From Eledone cirrhosa (Eukaryota), in assembly GCA_964016885.1 (NCBI GenBank), contig OZ024743.1, positions 91,636,001 through 91,700,000 on the forward strand: DNA of 64,000 nucleotides. The letters run 5' to 3'. Both the position numbers and the translations under genes were made by a program. The notes under the pieces were generated by a model. It did no database searches. It was not told the origin of the DNA and was given only the letters and a program-made list of their open reading frames with translations. Of this stretch, positions 13,999-29,690 are shown piece after piece. The number at the start of each line of letters is the position of its first letter. Position 1 is the stretch's first letter.

Positions 13999-14666
13999 TG
14001 ATAGTCTAACTTCCTTCCCAGTGTCTTATCTCAGTCTATCTTTCTGTTTTATAACGTTACTCATGCCTTACCTCAGTCAATAAAAGTGGTTAGCCGCCAT
14101 TAAGGTTACTGGCTAATTTTTCCGTCGATAGATGTATTTTACCCGATTTTCTAAGCTATTACTCTATAGCGATCGACCGTTGTGTTGTTACAGTATAGAG
14201 CAGCTATGGAAGTTTACAGAATCTCCCCCTCAAAATAACATCTATCGTTGTATTATCAAGTACATGTGTGCGTTGATGTCCTCTCTCTTTCCCTCACTGC
14301 CTCCGTCTCTCTCACTTTCCCATCTCTCACTATCATAAACAAATGGGAGCCCACGCGCTGGTCGCATTTCTGTGTTTGCGGTTCTCACATTTTCAAATTT
14401 CAAATCACTCAGCGTTTCGTTAATTCATAAAATTTGTTAGCTTCCGGCTCTATATTGCCATGTTTCTAATGAAAGACACTGCCTATGATTTGCAAATATT
14501 TGTGAAAAATATTTGTTTCTGATTTAGGCATATGGCCAACAATTTTGGCAGAGAAGAAAGTCGATTAAATAGACCCAGTGCATTACTGGTACGTTATATT
14601 ATCGACTCCGTAATCTGACAAGCGATTGATTGCAATACTCTTAGCAGAGTATGCAGTCACCATGTG

Positions 14667-14702
<36 letters not shown>

Positions 14703-14708
14703 TGTATG

Positions 14709-16003
14709 TTCTTCTGGTTTTATAATTTCACAAATTTTTACCAATAGAGAGAGAGAGTCGGTTTCTAACATAGACACAATACTCTCTTATTGGAATTTAC
14801 ACAATATCAACTAGGTAGATTATGTATGCATGCATGCATGTGTAGATATGGATGTTATTGTATGTGTGGATGTGGATGTTTTGAGTTGTATGTGTGCATG
14901 TGTATATACTTTGTATCTGTACATGTGTATATGCAGTTATTAGATGCAACATTTTTGGAATGTTTTACATATTTTTACTGTTTCATTAATGGATTGTACT
15001 TGTAATTTCCTAACTAGTTGTGTTCTTTCTGTTCCTGTGAAGCCTAGCTTCTCAAGATTTGTATTAAGGCAGTTACTAACATACCATAGTGCCCCAATAA
15101 TCACAAGCATAAATCTGAAAGTGTAATCAGGGTGGAGTATCTGCAGATTTCTCATTACTTCTGCATAAATATTCTCTTTTTCGCAAATCTTTGATATTAT
15201 ATTGGCATCTGCTGGGCAGCTAATTTCCACTCCTGTGCATGCTTTCTTCTCCCTGTCCCATGTCATAATATCTGGTCTGTTATGCCTGCATTTTATTGGG
15301 GTTTTACTGGAACATTCCACCAGTACTCTTTCATATTATGTACGTGGATGTCTTCCACATTGCTGTAGCTTTTAATGTGTTTATTATCGGGGCTATATTT
15401 TTTACGAACTGCATTGTACAGTGTTTTGACCACTACATCATGCCTCATAGGTAGATAGTACCGCGATGACATCTTTGGACAGTTGCTGATGACATGGGTG
15501 ATATCCTCGATGTTAGTTCTGCAGAGTCTGCACTTGTTACCACATCTAGGTGTTTTGCCTGCATCCCTATCTCTTTTGTGAATCAGGTATTTCATGTTAA
15601 TCTCCTGTTCTTGTATTGCAAAAGCGTATCCTTCAAAGTGGGAGCCAATATAGCGGTTGTTGGTCCAAGATAGACTACTTTCCTTATCTATATTACTCTC
15701 ACTCTGGAGCTTCCTGGCAACATATCCATGCATGATTTTTTGCTGATAAGCATGCAGTTTTTCATCCATGGATTCTCTGCGATACTGCTGAGCGACATCC
15801 CTGGGTGTGAGTTTTTGATTATCACACAGGGAATATCTCTCAAGGAGTTCCTTCCCAACTCTCATGATCTTATCTGTTTCATGCAGATAGACTTGCTCGA
15901 GAGACGGGCTCCTACGCTTCGAGGTTCGTAGATGTTGTCGGAGGGATATACTGTGACATTCAAATGTTGTTTGGACTGATGTTAGGCCTCCACCTCCCTG
16001 CTT
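14709..16003 (-). mobile_element. 5'-truncated R4/Dong-like RLE non-LTR retrotransposon (C-terminal part and 3' UTR)
   Basis: ORFs 15293-16054 and 14940-15320 give QGGGGL, CCHC knuckle CRLCRTNIEDITHVISNC, RHD, and RLE motif RPDIMTWD...VEIS...KENIY. One frameshift. (TATG)n on both sides. Confidence 0.88.
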
Positions 16004-16052
16004 ATGTATGTATGTATGTATGTATGTATGTATGTATGTATGTATGTATGTC

Positions 16053-16480
16053 AATGGCCATCCAAAATCACCGGGAGAGATGACCCCTTAGCCTTTGTCA
16101 AGGTAGAATTCTAGGAGAAGGAAAACTGTGGTATAACACCAGCAACCCTGATGGTATCCAATGATGTTGACTTGTTCTTCTTTTTGGTAAATATCATCTT
16201 GGTTAAGAGAGTGGGACTGGCTTTGTGCAGTGCCTTTGCTCACTATAAAAGCTTCACGGCACAGGCATTGCTTTATATCTGGAGATCTCTCTGCACTTGT
16301 CGTCACATGGTACCATGGGCCCAGCACAATGTGTCAGTAATTGTCACAAGTGTAGTGTTTCTACCAGAGTTTTCAAGTCGCTGGCTGGACTAAGTCACAC
16401 TTGTTTAGCGCATCGGTAGGGGTTCTCCTACATGGATATAAAGTAGTGGCCGTACTCGAAAACGAGTTGGCAGCCACCAT
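16053..16480 (+). mobile_element. RTE-related non-autonomous element, diverged copy
   Basis: Shares tctaggagaaggaaaact, gatgttgacttgttcttc and the 3' tail ggccgtactcgaaaacgag..gcagccacc-(ATGT)n with 53181-53720 and the RTE 3' end at about 56140. Confidence 0.65.
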
Positions 16481-16811
16481 ATATGTATGTAAGTATGTAT
16501 GTATGTATGTTTGTATGTATGTATTACAAGCCTGCCTACATAAAGCGACGAAAGTCAATAACCAGAAAGACAAACGGAATATTTTTAGTTGTAGTTACAG
16601 AAGAAATCAAAGCCGTACAAAACAAATGTTGTTGTTGCTGATGTTGTTGTTGTTGTCTTTGTTGTTGTTGTTGTTGTTGCTGATGTTTCCTCCAGTGAAT
16701 CTTAACTCATTTGTATTCCGATATAATGGAGCATAGAGGGAAGAATCACTTTTACTAAATCTGAAGTATTCAACCATGAATCAATCGTTCACACACAAAC
16801 ATTTACACATA

Positions 16812-16875
<64 letters not shown>

Positions 16876-16893
16876 TATATATATATATATATA

Positions 16894-16931
<38 letters not shown>

Positions 16932-16995
16932 TGTATATATATGTGTATGTGTATATATATTTATATATATATATATACTATATATACACTGTATA

Positions 16996-17040
<45 letters not shown>

Positions 17041-17056
17041 ATATATACATTGTATA

Positions 17057-17087
<31 letters not shown>

Positions 17088-17522
17088 CTATATATACACT
17101 GTATACTATATATTAAATATATATATATACATACTATATATACACTATATAAACTATATATTAACTATACATATTCTATATATACACTATATATTAACTA
17201 TATATATATATACTATATATACACTATATATACTATATATTAACTATATATATACTATATATACACTATATGTTAACTATATATATACTATATATACACT
17301 ATACATACTATATATTAACTATATACATATTCTATATATATATACACTATATATTAACTCTATATATATACTATATATTAATTATACATATACTATATAT
17401 ATATACTATATATTAACTATATATATACACTATACATACTATATATTAACTATACATATTCTATATATACACTATATATTAACTATACATATACTATACA
17501 TACACTATACATTGATTATACA

Positions 17523-17700
17523 TACGTGTGTCGGCTGAAAAGTTCATATGTTGTCTATGAAGGCATGATGCTAGAGCTGTGAAATATTGCATACATTAAT
17601 TTCAACTCTTCTTATTAATAACTGCATTATTTGTTTCCTGGGACTATGTTAAAAAATAAACCTTATTTGGTCATTCCATGAGAGTATCTTGGTCAGCCTA
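17523..17700 (+). mobile_element. Internally deleted mariner-like MITE remnant
   Basis: TA-CG..TCGGCTGAAAAGTTC TIR-like start. Ends with gggactatgttaaaaaataa (GDYVEK-like transposase end) and a partial right TIR (gtcagccta). Confidence 0.55.
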
Positions 17701-18013
17701 CTCATACACTACACCTAAGTATACATACACTACACCTAAGCTATATATACACTATACATACATTACACATACACTACTCATCAGCTATATATACACTAGA
17801 AATACACTATACATACATTATATGTAAACTACACATAAGCTATATATATACACAATGTATGCACTACACCTAAGCTATATATACACAATATATACACTAC
17901 AGCTAAGCTATATATATACAACAATATATACACTTCATGTGAGCTATATATACACAATATATACACTACAGCTAAGCTATATATATATACACAATATATA
18001 CACTACACCTAAG

Positions 18014-18058
<45 letters not shown>

Positions 18059-18091
18059 GTAAGATCAAAAGATGGTTAAAAGAGTTCCAAG

Positions 18092-18162
18092 TATTTTATT
18101 ATGCGCATTTCAAAAACAAATATCATTATGAGATGATATTTGCGTTTTCATCAGATAAAATA
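18092..18162 (-). ncRNA. Type I hammerhead ribozyme in a ~450-bp insert flanked by (TA)n
   Basis: Minus strand: TATTTTAT-CTGATGA-aaac GCAAATATCAT ctcata ATGATATTTGT tttt-GAAAT-GCGC-ATA-ATAAAATA. 8-bp stem I, canonical core, long stem II, palindromic loop 3, AUA triplet. Confidence 0.85.
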
Positions 18163-18502
18163 GGGATACATGATATGAAGGTTAAAAAAGACTTGTGAAT
18201 AGTGAAGTTTTAAATCAACATATGAAAAATAATTTAAGATTGATGTATGATATTGGGAAAAAGAGGGGGGTGGGGTGGAAAGGGTAAGGAAGAGGAGGAG
18301 ATGAGAGTAAAGAATGGTGGGGGAGGAGTATAAGAGGGAATGATGAGAGAGGAGGAGAGATGGGTGATAGAGAGAGAGAGATAGCCTTTACAACTGAGAA
18401 AAATATATATTGTTTCACAGAGAGAAGTTAAAAAGCCGTTGGAAGATAATAGATAATTTAAAGGAATTTGAAATTATTGTGCTACAATAAAACTGACCTC
18501 CA

Positions 18503-18569
<67 letters not shown>

Positions 18570-18584
18570 ATATAAACTATTCAT

Positions 18585-18662
<78 letters not shown>

Positions 18663-19324
18663 ATATATACACTACACCTAGGCTATATATACACAATATA
18701 TACACTACACCTAAGCTAAATATATATATACAATATATACACTACACCTAAGCTATATATACACTATATATACACTACACCTAACCTATATATATATATA
18801 TACACAACACCTAAGCTATATATATATATATACAATATATACACTACAGCTAAGCTATATATATATATATACACTACACCTAAGCTATATATATATACAC
18901 AATATATACACTACAGCTAAGCTATATATACACTATATACACTACCCCTAAGCTATATATATATACACAATATATACACTACACCTAAGCTATATATATA
19001 TACACAATATATACACTACACCTAAGCTATATATATATATATATATACAATATATACACTACACCTAAGCTATATATATATACACAATATATACACTACA
19101 CCTAAGCTATATATATATACACAATATATACACTACGCCTAAGCTATATATATATATATATACACAATATATACACTACACCTAAGCTATATATATATAT
19201 ATATATCCACAATATATACACTACACCTAAGCTATATATATATATACACAATATATACACTACACCTAAGCTATATATATATATACACAATATACACACT
19301 ACACCTAAGCTATATATATATATA

Positions 19325-19391
19325 CCAAGGGCGGTGCCCCAGCATGGCCTCAGCCGGATGGCTGAAACAGGTAAAAGAGAGTAAAAGAGAA
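19325..19391 (+). mobile_element. SINE 3' tail inserted in the minisatellite
   Basis: ggtgccccagcatggc...ggctgaaacaggtaaaaga. Same tail at about 56770-56825 (+) and 57520-57570 (-). Confidence 0.65.
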
Positions 19392-21085
19392 TACACAATA
19401 TATACACTACAGCTAAGCTATATATATATACACAATATATACACTACGCCTAAGCTATAGATATATATATATACACAATATATACACTACACCTAAGCTA
19501 TATACATATATATACACAATATATACACTGCAGCTAAGCTATATATACACAATATATACACTACACCTAAGCTATATATATATACACACAATATATACAC
19601 TACACCTAAGCTATATATATATATGCACAATATATACACTACACCTAAGGTATATATATATATATATATATATACAATATATACACTACAGCTAAGCTAT
19701 ATATATACACAATATATATACACTACAGCTAAGCTATATATATACACAATATATACACTACAGCTAAGCTATATATATACACAATATATACACTACAGCT
19801 AAGCTATATATATATGTATACACAATATATATACACTACAGCTAAGCTATATATATATATATACACACAATATATACACTACAGCTAAGCTATATATATA
19901 CACAATATATACACTACAGCTAAGCTATATATATATATATACACAATATATACACTACAGCTAAGCTATATATATACACAATATATACACTACAGCTAAG
20001 CTATATATATACACAATATATACACTACACCTAAGCAATATATATATATACACACAATATATACACTACAGCTAAGCTATATATATATACACAATATATA
20101 CACTACACCTAAGTTATATATATATACACAATATATACACTACAGCTAAGCTATATATATACACACAATATATACACTACAGCTAAGCTATATATATATA
20201 CACAATATATACACTACACCTAAGCTATATATATATATATATATATATACACAATATATACACTACACCTAAGCTATATATATATACACAATATATACAC
20301 TACAGCTAAGCTATATATGCATATATATATACACAATATATACACTACACCTAAGCTATATATATATATACACAATATATACACTACAGCTAAGCTATAT
20401 ATATATATACACAATATATACACTACAGCTAAGCTATATATATATACACAATATTTACACTACAGCTAAGCTATATATATATACACAATATATACACTAC
20501 AGCTAAGCTATATATATATATATACACAATATATACACTACACCTAAGCTATATATATATACACAATATATACACTACACCTAAGCTATATATATATATA
20601 TATATATATATACAATATAGACACTACAGCTAAGCTATATATATATACACAATATATACACTACAGCTAAGCTATATATATATATATACACAATATATAC
20701 ACTACACCTAAGCTATATATATATACACAATATATACACTACACCTAAGCTATATATATATATATATATATATATACAATATAGACACTACAGCTAAGCT
20801 ATATATATATACACAATATATACACTACAGCTAAGCTATATATATATATATACACAATATATACACTACACCTAAGCTATATATATATATATATATCCAC
20901 AATATATACACTACACCTAAGCTATATATATATACACAATATATACACTACACCTAAGCTATATATATATATATATATATATATACAATATAGACACTAC
21001 AGCTAAGCTATATATATATACACAATATATACACTACAGCTAAGCTATATATATATATATACACAATATATACACTACACCTAAG

Positions 21086-21121
<36 letters not shown>

Positions 21122-21297
21122 TACACCTAAGCTATATATATATATATATATATATATACAATATAGACACTACAGCAAATCCATATATATATATACACAA
21201 TATATACACTACAGCTAAGCTATATATATATATACACAATATATACACTACACCTAAGCTATATATATATATACACAATATATACACTACACCTAAG

Positions 21298-21332
<35 letters not shown>

Positions 21333-21477
21333 ATAGACACTACAGCTAAGCTATATATATATACACAATATATACACTACACCTAAGCTATATATATATA
21401 TACATATATATATATACACAATATATACACTACAGCTAAGCTATATATATATACACAATATATACACTACACCTAAG

Positions 21478-21510
<33 letters not shown>

Positions 21511-22589
21511 ATAGACACTACAGCAAATCCATATATATATATACACAATATATACACTACAGCTAACCTATATATATATATACACAATATATACACTTCA
21601 TGTGAGCTATATATACACAATATATACACTACACCTAAGCTATATATATATATACACAATATATACACTACACCTAAGCTATATATATATACAATATAGA
21701 CACTACAGCTAAGCTATATATATATACACAATATATACACTACACCTAAGCTATATATATATACACAATATATACACTACAGCTAAGCTATATATATACA
21801 CAATATATACACTACACCTAAGCTATATATATATATATACAATATAGACACTACAGCTAAGCTATATATCTATCTATCTAAGGCGGGTAAAATTCCCGAG
21901 ATTCATGGACGAGTTCTCTCCAGCCGTCTCTGTCCCTCATTATCGCTGCCACAATATATACACAATATATATACACAATATATATACACAATATATACAC
22001 AATATATACACAATATATACACTACAGCTAAGCTATATATATACACAATATATACACAATATATACACAATATATACACTACAGTTAAGCTATATATATA
22101 CACAATATATACACTACAGCTAAGCTATATATATATACACTATATATACAATATAGACACTACAGCTAAGCTATATATATACACTATATATAAACTATTC
22201 ATAAGGTATTGATAAACCATAGTAAACAGGAAAGAGTTTGTTTCATCAACTCCCATTTGAGAATCTTGTGATGTTATTTTCCGGTTATGTTTCGCCTCTC
22301 TATATCTCCCCCCTCTTCTACTCCACCCCCACTGTATTATCTTCCTACCTCTCTCTGTATATGTATGTGTGTGTATGTGAGTGTATGTGTACTTGTGTGT
22401 GTATGTGTGTGTGTGCGTGTGCGTGTGCTTATCACTCTCACATTGCTTTCTCTATCTGTCTGTCTTTCTGTTTAGCTGTCTGTCTATCCCCATCTCTCTT
22501 TCTCTTTCTCTATCTATCTATCTATCTATATCTATCTATCTATCTATCTATCTGTCTGTCTACATTAATGGCTCCTTCTATGACTCTTT

Positions 22590-23290
22590 AATCCAGCTTT
22601 GCTGAGCCAAGCTTTCCCACACTGATATTCTAAAGCTATCTAGCCGAAAATACCATGTCCTCTGTACATCTGCTCCCTCTAAAACCCCATTGGGATTCAA
22701 AAATAACAACGTCAGCGATGTATAACATACGTTTGTCAAGCACAAACCTTCACAGAACCTTTCCAAACACTAGCAACAGTACTATTCCCTTATAGTTGCT
22801 ACAGTAATCGTTTCCCTTACACAGGACACCCATTAAAGTATTCATCCAGTCTATGGTACTATCTCTTCTGCCCCAAATGTTCTGTATCGAGGAAGCAAGG
22901 CAAGGCATTAAGTTTCTACTTCCACTTTTCAAGAATTCTGTAAACAAGCCTTCCATACTGGGAGACATGCCACTGTTAAGTTTCTGAACAGCGGCCTCGA
23001 TTTCTTCTATTAAAGGAACCTCTACTTGAGCATCTTTGATAGGTTTGTATACTATTGACTCAAGAAACTCCTCATCGATTTCTGAAGACTGATTTAGAAG
23101 TTCATCAAAGTGTTTTTGCCACCTACCCAGTATTTCCTTTGGTTGTCTGAGATGAGATGTTCTATCTTTAATGCATGGTGGTACAATAAGAGAAGATGAT
23201 GGCCCGTAGGCCCCATGAAGGAGAGTATACAACAGCCTGGTGTTGTTCGTATTGAAGGCAGATGCATTATCTCTATCCCTCATTTTCACT
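22590..23290 (-). pseudogene. RTE-clade LINE fragment (region upstream of and at the start of RT)
   Basis: ORF 22750-23289: RWQKHFDELLN, EEIEAAVQKLNSGMSP..G, CSNYKGIVLL..GKVL. Similar to the start of ORF 53956. Confidence 0.85.
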
Positions 23291-23296
23291 CACGGA

Positions 23297-25948
23297 CATA
23301 CACATACACTCAAACACACATAACATACAAACACATACACTCAAGCACAAATAACATACAAACATATACACTTAAACAGACATAACATACCCCCATACAA
23401 ACACATACACTCAAGCACAAATAACATACCCCCATACAAACATATACACTCAAACACACATAACATACACACATATACACTCAAACATACATAACATACC
23501 TACATACAAACATATACACTCAAACACACATAACATACCCACATACAAACATATACACTCAAGCACAAATAACATACAAACACATAGACTTAAACACACA
23601 TAACATACAAACATATACACTCAAGCACAAATAACATACAAACACATGCACTCAAACACACATAACATACAAACATATACACTCAAACACACATAACATA
23701 CAAACACATACACTCAAACACACATAACATACAAACACATGCACTCAAACACACATAACATACAAACACATACACTCAAACACACATAACATACAAACAC
23801 ATGCACTCAAACACACATAACATACAAACACATACACTCAAACACACATAACATACAAACACATGCACTCAAACACACATAACATACAAACACATACACT
23901 CAAACACACATAACATACAAACACATGCACTCAAACACACATACCATACAAACACATACACTCAAACACACATAACATACAAACACATGCACTCAAACAC
24001 ATAACATACAAACACATACACTCAAACACACATAACATACAAACACATGCACTCAAACACATAACATACAAACACATGCACTCAAACACACATAACATAC
24101 AAACACATAGACTCAAACACACATAACATACAAACACATACACTCAAACACACATAACATACAAACACATGCACTCAAACACACATAACATACAAACACA
24201 TGCACTCAAACACACATAACATACAAACACATGCACTCAAACACACATAACATACAAACACATACACTCAAACACACATAACATACAAACACATGCACTC
24301 AAACACATAACATACAAACACATACACTCAAACACACATAACATACAAACACATGCACTCAAACACACATAACATACAAACACATACACTCAAACACACA
24401 TAACATACAAACACATGCACTCAAACACATAACATACAAACACATGCACTCAAACATAGTTAACATACAAACACATGCACTCAAACACACATAACATACA
24501 AACACATACACTCAAACACACATAACATACAAACACATGCACTCAAACACATAACATAGAAACACATGCACTCAAACATAGTTAACATACCTACATACAA
24601 ACATATGCACTCAAGCACAAATAACATACAAACACATACACTCAAACACAAATAACATACTCCCATACAAACACATACACTCAAACACACATAACATATA
24701 AACACATACAAACACATACACTCAAACATACATAACATACTCCCATACAAACATATACATTCAAACACACATAACATACCTACATACAAACATATACACT
24801 CAAACACACATAACATACAAACACATACACTCAAACACACATAACATACAAACACATGCACTCAAACACACATAACATACAAACACATGCACTCGAACAC
24901 ACATAACATACAAACACATGCACTCAAACACACATAACATACAAACACATACACTCAAACACACATAACATACAAACACATGCACTCAAACACATAACAT
25001 ACAAACACATACACTCAAACACACATAACATACAAACACATGCACTCAAACACATAACATACAAACACATGCACTCAAACACACATAACATACAAACACA
25101 TACACTCAAACACACATAACATACAAACACATGCACTCAAACACATAACATACAAACACATGCACTCAAACATAGTTAACATACAAACACATGCACTCAA
25201 ACACACATAACATACAAACACATACACTCAAACACACATAACATACAAACACATGCACTCAAACACATAACATACAAACACATGCACTCAAACATAGTTA
25301 ACATACCTACATACAAACATATGCACTCAAGCACAAATAACATACAAACACATACACTCAAACACAAATAACATACCCCCATACAAACACATACACTCAA
25401 ACACACATAACATACAAACACATACAAACACATACACTCAAACATACATAACATACTCCCATACAAACATATACATTCAAACACACATAACATACCTACA
25501 TACAAACATATACACTCAAACACACATAACATACCTACATACAAACACATACACTCAAACACACATAACATACAAACATACACGCAAACACACATAACAT
25601 ACCTACATACAAACATATACACTCAAACACACATAACATACCCCCATACAAACACATACACTCAAACACACATAACATACAAACATACACGCAAACACAC
25701 ATAACATACCTACATACAAACACATACACTCAAACACACATGACATACCCCCATACAAACATACACACATAACATACCTACATACAAACATACACTCAAA
25801 CACACATAACATACCCACATACAAACATATACACTCAAACACACATAACATACCCACATACAAACATATACACTCAAACACACATAACATACCTACATAC
25901 AAACATACACTCAAACACACATAACATACCCACATACAAACATATACT
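23297..25948. repeat. About 31-bp satellite CAAACACACATAACATACAAACACAT(A/G)CACT
   Basis: About 2.6 kb of tandem units with local higher-order duplications. Confidence 0.92.
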
Positions 25949-26170
25949 CTTATATATCAACTCCAGCTGTACGAGATTACACACAATGTTTTGAGATTGT
26001 GTCTTCTAACAACATTGGAAAAATGGGTAAAAAAAACACAAACCGCTATTTGTTCTTCATTCAATAAAATATAATATTATATGTTTGCATGCATATGCGT
26101 GTGTGTGTAGATGTGTAGCACATATGCATGAATGTATCTGTATATATGTGTACATATATCGACGTGTAAG

Positions 26171-26217
<47 letters not shown>

Positions 26218-26498
26218 CCTATAGGCCTGAATGTATGTGTATAATTGTGTACATACAACGTCGTGTAAGCACGCGAGTGTGTGTGTATGTGTGTGTAGCC
26301 TATATTCGGCAGCCTCATCAGGAAGGAAGTCATTTTAATCATTTTCTATTTTAATGAATATTTTTTTTTAGTTATATTTAAATATAATGAAGTAATAAAA
26401 TATGTTAATATATTTCATATCATGCCTCCTGGACATGAAACTGGTGAGAACACCGACATGTAAATTGCATGTATGTATGTATACACACACACACACAC

Positions 26499-26562
<64 letters not shown>

Positions 26563-26617
26563 GTATATATATGTATATATATATATAAATATACTTACAT
26601 ACATACATATATATACG

Positions 26618-26648
<31 letters not shown>

Positions 26649-26697
26649 GTGTGTGCGTGCATATGTGTATGTGTTTGGTTGCTTGTTTGTGTGTGCG

Positions 26698-26765
<68 letters not shown>

Positions 26766-26889
26766 TGTATGTATCTGTTTGTGTGTAATACATCCATGTT
26801 TATATTTATATGCACCCCACCTATTTAATATTAGCTTTAAGTTATTAGGTTATTTTAAAGTTCTTTATCTATTATAGCGTGTATGTAAT

Positions 26890-27220
26890 CTCATTCTCCA
26901 ACATTGTCGTAACTTTATACATCAGACAAGAAATTAACAAATATCTTGGCAGATAAGAACCACTCCTTGCGATGGGAGAAAAACGGAAGCTTGCCTGGTA
27001 TGGCCATGTATGCCGCCATAACTCCTTGTCTAAAACCATCCTTCAGGGATCAGTCACGTGAGGGAGAAATAGAGGCAGACAAAGAAAATACAGGTTCGAC
27101 AACATCAAAGACTGACTGGTCATAACACCAACATCCTTCAATGCATGATGGAGAATAGAAACCAGTGGCAACGACTAACTATGACAGCGTCTAGAGTGGT
27201 ACTCCAACGACTGGCTGTAA
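26890..27220 (+). pseudogene. RTE-type LINE 3' fragment
   Basis: Manual translation KRKLAWYGHVCRHNSLSKTILQG...GRNRGRQRK..FDNIK, typical of the RTE C-terminus. Confidence 0.75.
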
Positions 27221-27507
27221 GTCATTAATTCATCAAAACACAAATTTCCAAGTTTGTAAGGTTTATTCATATATTTGGTAATCCTGGTATATACGACATA
27301 CCAAACCTGGGTTCCAAAAATTCAATACATTTAACGTCATTGCCGTCGTTAGTGACGTCAATGATGTTAAACGTTAACTGGTAATAATTAAAGGAAATGA
27401 GTACAATATGACTTTAGAAAAACATTTTTTTACATATTTTTTGGCTTTAAATACTTGGAAAGCTGTACTGACAACGAGGGGGAAAAAACAGGATACTCTC
27501 TGTGAAA

Positions 27508-27780
27508 TCTTCTTCTTCTTCTTCTTCTTCTTCTTCTTCTTCTTCTTCTTCTTCTTCTTCTTCTTCTTCTTCTTCTTCTTCTTCTTCTTCTTCTTCTTCT
27601 TCTTCTTCTTCTTCAGAGGATCGCTGGGACAGAGTCCTCAAACACTCCTTCCAGCGGGTCCTGACAGAAGCAATCATCTCTAGCTGATCCGGCTGGATCC
27701 CCAAGCGAGATGGAGTGAGTTCATGGATATTATTCAACCATCTTGCTCGGGGTCTACACCTGGATCTCTTGCTGGCGGAA
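27508..27780 (-). mobile_element. LINE (RTE-like) 3' end with (GAA)n tail
   Basis: Minus strand RSRCRPRARWLNNI...RTRWKECL, followed by about 36 GAA repeats. Confidence 0.65.
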
Positions 27781-28575
27781 ATCTATAAAGAAAATATATT
27801 CCCCAGTGTCGTTGGCGTCGTCGTCGTCAACAACAACAAGAAAACCCCCCACAACTACGTCAATGTGCACAGAGCATTTATCTTATCGACTTAATTTGTC
27901 AAAATTAAAGCTGAAATTCACTACTGTAATGGTAGTTATTATGAATGAGATTTCCATTCGATTTTTTCACAAAAATAGAAACAAAGTTTTAAACTATGTG
28001 GAGCTTTAGGGATTAGCTGTAACATTATCATGACCTTTCGGTGTCAAATGTCATTCTCCCGATTCGCGAAATTACTGTTGTTTTTAGTAAAGTGTTTCTG
28101 AGTTTGATAAGTTTGGATGTGAAAGGTCAGTATATATTTTGGTAGAATCGTCGATTTTCTGGACTGTAGCATAGCATTAGACAGACGATGGTGTTTTCCT
28201 CTTCAAAGAAATTAGCCTTTCGGGCTCTTTTTGTGCTTGATGTATGAGAGAGATTCTATGAGATGATTGGTTAGTGTGTAATTTAACATTTCTGTGAATG
28301 ACATATTGTGGTGGCTGACTATCTGAACTTTTAAATGACCATAGAAGAGTTGAGCAGAATGTGAGAACTTTAAACAACATTCAGTAGACAGACATTTATC
28401 ATATCGATTAGCAGACGTGTGTTTTCAGACAGAAGGAAAGCAGCAAATAAGTATCGCAATTTAGTCGGAATCAAACTGTTAAAATAATGTCTTCATTTAT
28501 TTATGTATTTCAATTAATTCTGAAAATATTCAATTATTTGGAGGGATTTAGTATTATAAATACTTTTTCATTATT

Positions 28576-28945
28576 AAGTTTGCCTTTCATCCTTACGGGG
28601 GACTATAAAAGACGATAAAATAAAGTACCAGTGGCGCACTGAGGCCGATTTAATCGACTTTCCTCTCCCCCAAATTGCTGGCCTTGTGTCTAAATCAGAA
28701 ACCATTATTAAAAGATATCCAAGGGTGGTGGATTGGCAGTATTGGTTGAGCGTTCGATAACATGCTTTGCGACATATCACTACGTCGCTTTACGTTCTGA
28801 GTTCAAATCCCGCCAATGTTAACTTTGTCTTTCATCCTTACGGGGTCCATAAAATAATGTACTAGTAATGCACTGAGATCGATTTAATCAGCTTCCCCTT
28901 CCCCTCAAATTCCTGGTCTTGTGCCAAAAAGTAGAAACAGTTATT
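28576..28945 (+). mobile_element. Two adjacent major-family SINE copies (partial and full)
   Basis: ggtggtggattggcagta...gttcaaatcccgcc...tttcatccttacgggg... Confidence 0.8.
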
Positions 28946-29690
28946 AAAAGATCTCTTAAATTAAACAAACTGAACGAGTGAGATTCGTTTCCACTCCATT
29001 TCCAGGATTGTTGGCTTAACTCCTCCTATCTGATCCGATGACCCGGTGACTCGAGTAAAATTATTAGTCTAAAAATGACTTCCTCCTTCACGTTCCACTT
29101 ATCTAAGAAGCCCTGAAAATGACCAAAATTATCTGACTTTGTAGATGATTTCAAACGAATGAAACGGTGATAGTCCCATAGAAGTCCTTTTTATCTGACT
29201 AATCCATTAAAAAAATGAAACTGAGCCTCTAGTAGCATAACAGGGAAACTGGGAAGGGGATATTGTCCGTCCCGGCTGGAATATCTTTTTGGAGGGGTGG
29301 CATTTTTATGAGTGTTGTGTTGATTTTAACGTAGATGGGGGCGGAAAACTCAAAGACGACCCCAAGTGACCCAAACTCTAGCTACTCCACTGTCGGCATC
29401 TATATCTTTCTGTAGGTCGTATCAAGTAAAATGAAACATTTTCTCCATAGACAGAATGCAATGACCGATGATCTCAAAGCTGATAGAAGTATTTCAAAAG
29501 AGTGATTAATAAGAAATGTTATCAGTTCACTTGCATTTGAAAGAAATATAATACCCAATAGAAGGTAAATGTTGAAGATTACGAGGGTGTCGTATGAAGA
29601 AATATAAAAGATTTCTATTAGATCTTTTCATCCGATAAAACGTTCTATCCGAAAAGTAATATATACTTACCTTCCATTATTCTAACATCA

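Larger units (their letters stand above)
17700..22190. repeat. Minisatellite ACACAATATATACACTACA(C/G)CTAAGCT(AT)n, about 33-50 bp units, interrupted by insertions
   Basis: Dozens of tandem units with variable TA spacer. Insertions at about 18057-18505, 19325-19391 and 21880-21950. Confidence 0.9.

Noticed and set aside
26300-26325. Minus-strand CTGATGA-GGC-T-GCC-GAAT hammerhead-like start
   Set aside because: GAAA is broken, loop 2 is a single base, and there is no stem I or III; could be chance.
27900-29680. Host coding exons in the relatively unique 28-29.6 kb stretch
   Set aside because: Isolated splice-like motifs exist (e.g. a minus-strand donor near 29670), but no open frame with recognisable protein similarity.
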